This document shows, piece by piece, positions 62,686 through 64,000 of a stretch of 64,000 bases of DNA. Position 1 is the first letter of the stretch; each line of letters starts with the position of its first letter. The DNA is from Macrostomum hystrix. Taxonomy: Eukaryota; Animalia; Platyhelminthes. A program made the position numbers and the translations under genes. Under the pieces are notes generated by a model. The model saw nothing but the letters and a program-made list of their open reading frames with translations, was not told where the DNA came from and searched no databases. The stretch spans positions 248,001 to 312,000 of the forward strand of contig CATNEN010000026.1 of assembly GCA_950097015.1 (NCBI GenBank), written 5' to 3'.

Positions 62686-64000
62686 CTACAATTTATGACT
62701 GCTCCTCATTTCAATTGGGGCTACTGAGCTCTTCTTCAGCTTGAGGATCACCAGCACCAGCAGGGCAGCCAGCAGCAGGCCGGCCAGGTAGGAGGCGGAC
62801 ACAATCATCAGCCGGATGTCATTGCTCAGCAGGCTATTAGGCTCCGTTGGCGGCGTCGGGCGCTTCTTCAGCTCTTCAATCTCCTCTTTGGCATCCTGTT
62901 AGAGAAATCGAAAAGCTGGAAATTATGTTTCCATTCTTTGCCATTATCTTGCAGTAATTATAAAAACGATCGTATAATTGTTTTAGAGAGAAATCTTCAA
63001 GGAAGCGGAACAGACACAATAAATCACGATGGCATATGGACTATTGAGGACTATTGAGATGTGTATATAGAGGCCACTGGTCAAGCTTATTGTTGTGCTT
63101 GGAACCTGATATTTCTACTTATTTTGGGGTTTAGGGCAGTTAGTATTAGGTAGCTAGTGTGCATTGTGGAGTGGTACTTTGTGGTATGGCGAGGGATCAA
63201 AGTGAAATAAGCAATCCGAGGATTTTTTAAAAATGGTTAAATGTGCAGACCGTGAGCCGATCTCGCTGGTCCCTCTCAGCGCACAATCCAAGGTAAACAA
63301 CCAGCCGCCGGAAGTCGGTATTTGATTGGTAGCGCCCATTCATCAGTGTAAAGTCGAGAGAGTCTCCATTGAAGCAGGGCTCCTTGGCCTTCACATTTCG
63401 GTACCAGGTTAGACATTGGTCCGAGCAGCGGTACTCGTACATGTGCTGGCACTCGCTTTCGATGTCCTTCTGATACTTTTTGATCAGCTGGCCCGATGTA
63501 ATGGACTTGATGTCGCAGCCGTCGACAAAATATTCTGTTTGAATAGCGTGCACAGGTGTAGGTGGAGGTTGAGTTAAAAAAAACGGAAAAAAGAAACCTA
63601 AGCAGCTAGTTCAAGCGCTAAAATTATTTTAACTTTTTTTGAACCCGACCTTGCGAGTCGAAATAGTCATCTCTGTTCTCAATTTTTTTATACGACTCAC
63701 GGGTAACACTCTTAAGACCCAGGACGCAGTAGTCGATTTTGCCAAAGCTGGAGCACAGGTCAACGTTTGGCCAAGTCTGCGCCTTGGTCCTATTGTGCGG
63801 GAAGTACTGGAAGAAGCTGTAGCACATCTCCTCCTGGGTGGACTCGCCCCAGTAGACGCTGCGGTTGGTGCCCACAGTGCTGTAGTAGCAATCGGTGCGA
63901 ATCTCATCACCAGGCAGGTAGTCGATTGGCTGGGCGTACTCAAACACAATCGGTGTGTCGTAGTCGAAACTGTGCATTGGAATGAGGTCTCGAACCTTCT
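62686..64000 (-). CDS. DBH-like / MOXD1-like copper type II monooxygenase, last three exons (>64000-63650, 63534-63251, 62895-62686) with C-terminal TM helix
   Basis: FDYD..LPGDEIRTDCYYST..VYWGESTQEEMCYSFFQYFP is the Cu2_monoox_C domain with the CuM Met (EEMC). A Cys-rich tail and TM (LMIVSASYLAGLLLAALLVLVIL) follow. Splices are phase-compatible; the donor at 63251 is a best guess. Confidence 0.88.

Overview
Eukaryotic (invertebrate metazoan) genomic DNA with spliceosomal GT-AG introns and an extreme density of minisatellites. The style resembles the flatworm Macrostomum, but that is inference only. No prokaryotic features or CRISPR arrays. Genes reconstructed by hand from splice sites and reading phase: the 5' part of synapsin (-), a four-EF-hand calmodulin-like gene (+), a neuropeptide precursor exon (+) predicted to yield an allatotropin-like amidated peptide GFRNSLRFGTNY-NH2, a SIPA1L/SPAR-type RapGAP-PDZ gene (-), an atypical rhodopsin-class GPCR (+) lying between two convergent U6 snRNA genes, and the 3' part of a DBH/MOXD1-like copper monooxygenase (-). 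Several orphan genes or exons are also present: a secreted acidic Pro/Thr/(Asp-Ala)n protein, a small single-pass membrane protein and an unidentified multi-exon gene. Mobile DNA comprises an internally deleted THAP/P-element-type transposon split by a SINE with a 12-bp TSD, two tRNA-derived SINE families, a hAT MITE with an 8-bp TSD, a MITE with a 9-bp TSD, and a probable Merlin-like fragment. Most long ORFs in the supplied track are artefacts of tandem repeats.
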